From positions 64,001 to 128,000 of the forward strand of contig CAWGYA010000002.1 of NCBI GenBank assembly GCA_963826715.1: a DNA stretch of 64,000 bases, given 5' to 3'. Each line of letters opens with the position of its first letter. Position 1 is the first letter of the stretch. Shown here in pieces: positions 62,050 through 64,000 of the stretch. The notes beneath the pieces were generated by a model that ran no database searches, had not been told where the DNA came from, and saw nothing but the letters and a program-made list of their open reading frames with translations. Both the position numbers and the translations under genes were made by a program. This DNA is from Candidatus Bathyarchaeota archaeon. Its GTDB lineage: Archaea; Thermoproteota; Bathyarchaeia; Bathyarchaeales; Bathycorpusculaceae.

Positions 62050-63399
62050 TTGCCAGAGCTAAATAATTCAGGTATTGAATCTAAAGTAATGAATCGTTGG
62101 ATTATTGTTATTGGCGGCATTTTGATTCAACTTGCTTTGGGCGCGATTTATGCATGGTCTGCATTTACGGGTCCACTTCAGGGGTCAGCTGCAGCAGCCA
62201 GCGAATTCGCTTTTACTAAAACAGAAACCCAAGCCATCTTCAGCGTCGGTCTTTTGGTCTTCGCAATTTTCACAATCATTGGTGGTCGCCTGCAAATCAA
62301 ACAGGGACCTATGAAAGTTGCCTTGCTCGGAGGCGTCCTGCTTGGCTTGGGCTACATCCTTGCTTCCTTCACTGGAGCAAGTTTTATTGGAAAACTAATT
62401 TTCCTCGGCATCTTCGCAGGGGCAGGTATTGGACTTGCCTATGTGGTGCCGATCGCCACCGGTGTAAAATGGTTCCCTGACAAGAAAGGTTTAGTCAGTG
62501 GACTTGCTGTGGCAGGTTTTGGCTTTGGAGCCTTCATCTGGATTCTATTAGCCAACCCACCTAGCGTCCTAGGCTTCACCGGCTTAATCAGCCCACAAAC
62601 TGTTGCAGGAGTAGCAACATACACGGTTGCAAACGTGGATTTCGCATTCCTCGTTTACGGCATTGCGTTCTTGGCGCTGGTTTGTCTTGGTTCATTAGTT
62701 ATGAAGAATCCACCCGCGGGCTATGCACCAAAAGGTTGGAACCCACCAAAAAATAAGCAAGGTAAACTCGCAGGAATATCTCTAAAACCTAAAGCGATGC
62801 TCAAATCAAGGAACTTCTACATTCTCTGGATGATGTTTCTCATAGGCGCATTAGCTGGCTTAATGGTTATAGGGAACGTTCAAAACTTCGCAAAAAGCAC
62901 CACCGACGGATTCATCGCCTACGGCTTTAGCGTAACCGAAGCCGTGGACTTCGCAGTCATCGGCGCTGCAGTCTGCTTACCCATCTTTAACGGCGCAGGC
63001 AGAATCGTGTGGGGTCAAATCTCCGATAAAACCGGGCGTCGAAAAGCGCTGATGGCAATGTTCGCATTCCAAGCCGTCACAATGGGACTGTTTTTCTACA
63101 CCCCCGCCAACCCCTACCTATTCTACGTCATCGCAGCGTTGATTGGCTTTAACTTCGGCGGCAACTTTGCTTTGTTCCCCTCCAGTTGCGCAGACTCGTT
63201 TGGATCGGAAAACGTGGGACTCAATTATGGGTTCCTCTTTACCTCTTATGGTATAGGCGGTATTGTGGGGCCGATTCTGGCGGGCGCCGTGCAAGATGCA
63301 GGCTTTAGCTTCCTGTATGCCTTCATCCCTGCAGCCATAATGTGCGTTGTAGCTGTTGGGCTTGCGGTTGTGTACCGCGAAGAAAAGAAATGCATCTAG
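62050..63399 (+). CDS. MFS transporter, oxalate/formate antiporter (OFA) family
   Basis: LGAIYAWS, KWFPDKKGL, FNGAGRIVWG.ISD..GR, NYG. Confidence 0.9.
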   Translation: MPELNNSGIESKVMNRWIIVIGGILIQLALGAIYAWSAFTGPLQGSAAAASEFAFTKTETQAIFSVGLLVFAIFTIIGGRLQIKQGPMKVALLGGVLLGLGYILASFTGASFIGKLIFLGIFAGAGIGLAYVVPIATGVKWFPDKKGLVSGLAVAGFGFGAFIWILLANPPSVLGFTGLISPQTVAGVATYTVANVDFAFLVYGIAFLALVCLGSLVMKNPPAGYAPKGWNPPKNKQGKLAGISLKPKAMLKSRNFYILWMMFLIGALAGLMVIGNVQNFAKSTTDGFIAYGFSVTEAVDFAVIGAAVCLPIFNGAGRIVWGQISDKTGRRKALMAMFAFQAVTMGLFFYTPANPYLFYVIAALIGFNFGGNFALFPSSCADSFGSENVGLNYGFLFTSYGIGGIVGPILAGAVQDAGFSFLYAFIPAAIMCVVAVGLAVVYREEKKCI

Positions 63400-63439
63400 T
63401 GTGAAGTAATTTCACACTCCCATTGTTTTATTTTTTTAT
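63398..63439 (+). terminator. hairpin plus T-rich tract
   Basis: AGTGTGAA-gtaat-TTCACACT followed by T runs. Confidence 0.5.
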
Positions 63440-63515
63440 TTGTATTAAAGAACCAACTATTTTTTGAACCTAAAGAAGTTAAGAAGGGGCTAATATATTG
63501 TGCAAGTAGCAACGT

Positions 63516-63842
63516 TTATGGTTTTTCTTTAATGATTCTCTCAAAAAACGCCAAAGTCTGATTGGGCACCGTTACAATGCGTGTATCCACGTCGGTGAAG
63601 ATCACTTTCTCCATGTTCTCTGGCTCTTGCTCATAAGCTTCAAACGCCTCCATGTTGGGCGCCTCATAAACCGCCCAAGACTGGTGTCCCCAGCGATCAG
63701 TCCAAATTCCCACAACTTTCACGCCATGTTTGCCTGCGAGGGCATCAGTTTTTTTTAGCCAATCCATGGTTGTTAAGAGATTTTTTCTGTTCCCTATGGG
63801 GCAGCTTTCAGGGGAATGCGTATAGACTTGTAGTATATGCAT
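63516..63842 (-). CDS. hypothetical protein (DUF3303/GYD-like ferredoxin fold)
   Basis: HSPESCP...GVKVVG.W....H......EAP. Confidence 0.6.
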   Translation of the reverse strand: MHILQVYTHSPESCPIGNRKNLLTTMDWLKKTDALAGKHGVKVVGIWTDRWGHQSWAVYEAPNMEAFEAYEQEPENMEKVIFTDVDTRIVTVPNQTLAFFERIIKEKP

Positions 63843-64000
63843 ATTTTTTCCTCTATGGAGTTCACTACTTCATGGAAGTTTAAAGGGTTTTCGAAAACCC
63901 AAAAAGAGGCTAAAAATTAAATGTGGTAGGCATAGACCAGGTCCAGTAAAGTTTTATTGTTTAGTCTTTTCTCCGTCTACTGGTCAGGTATTTTCCCACT

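Overview
AT-rich archaeal chromosomal segment, probably from a Bathyarchaeia member (inferred from TFB, proteasome alpha, TiaS, archaeal AlaRS and TrmI together with bacterial-type DnaK/GrpE/DnaJ). Housekeeping genes are pyrG, tiaS, alaS, dnaK/grpE/dnaJ, tfb, trmI, acs/satP, tRNA-Ser(UGA) and tRNA-Val(GAC). Two accessory regions interrupt them. (1) A decaying ~9.7 kb island at tRNA-Val (8691-18413) with an integrase relic, ppsA, an H+-ATPase, a phosphomannomutase and broken phosphorylase, GAPDH and OsmC genes. (2) A ~5.1 kb integrated rolling-circle plasmid-like element (22563-27683) with a tyrosine integrase, an HUH Rep and a wHTH regulator, followed by a probable relic second element. The main finding is that the 23-bp att core of this element is the 5' half of an unannotated box C/D guide RNA rather than a tRNA; its guide is predicted to direct Gm2251 in the 23S P-loop. 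The integrase leader also carries inverted copies of the target flank, which could form state-dependent (attL vs attP) structures. A second unannotated box C/D RNA (56121-56185) appears to guide H69/H70-71 methylations equivalent to yeast Am2256/Am2281. Several microproteins and a HhH-GPD-like/T7 endonuclease I-like fusion were also found. rRNA target assignments rely on remembered conserved rRNA sequence, and family assignments on recognised motifs; no database searches were run.
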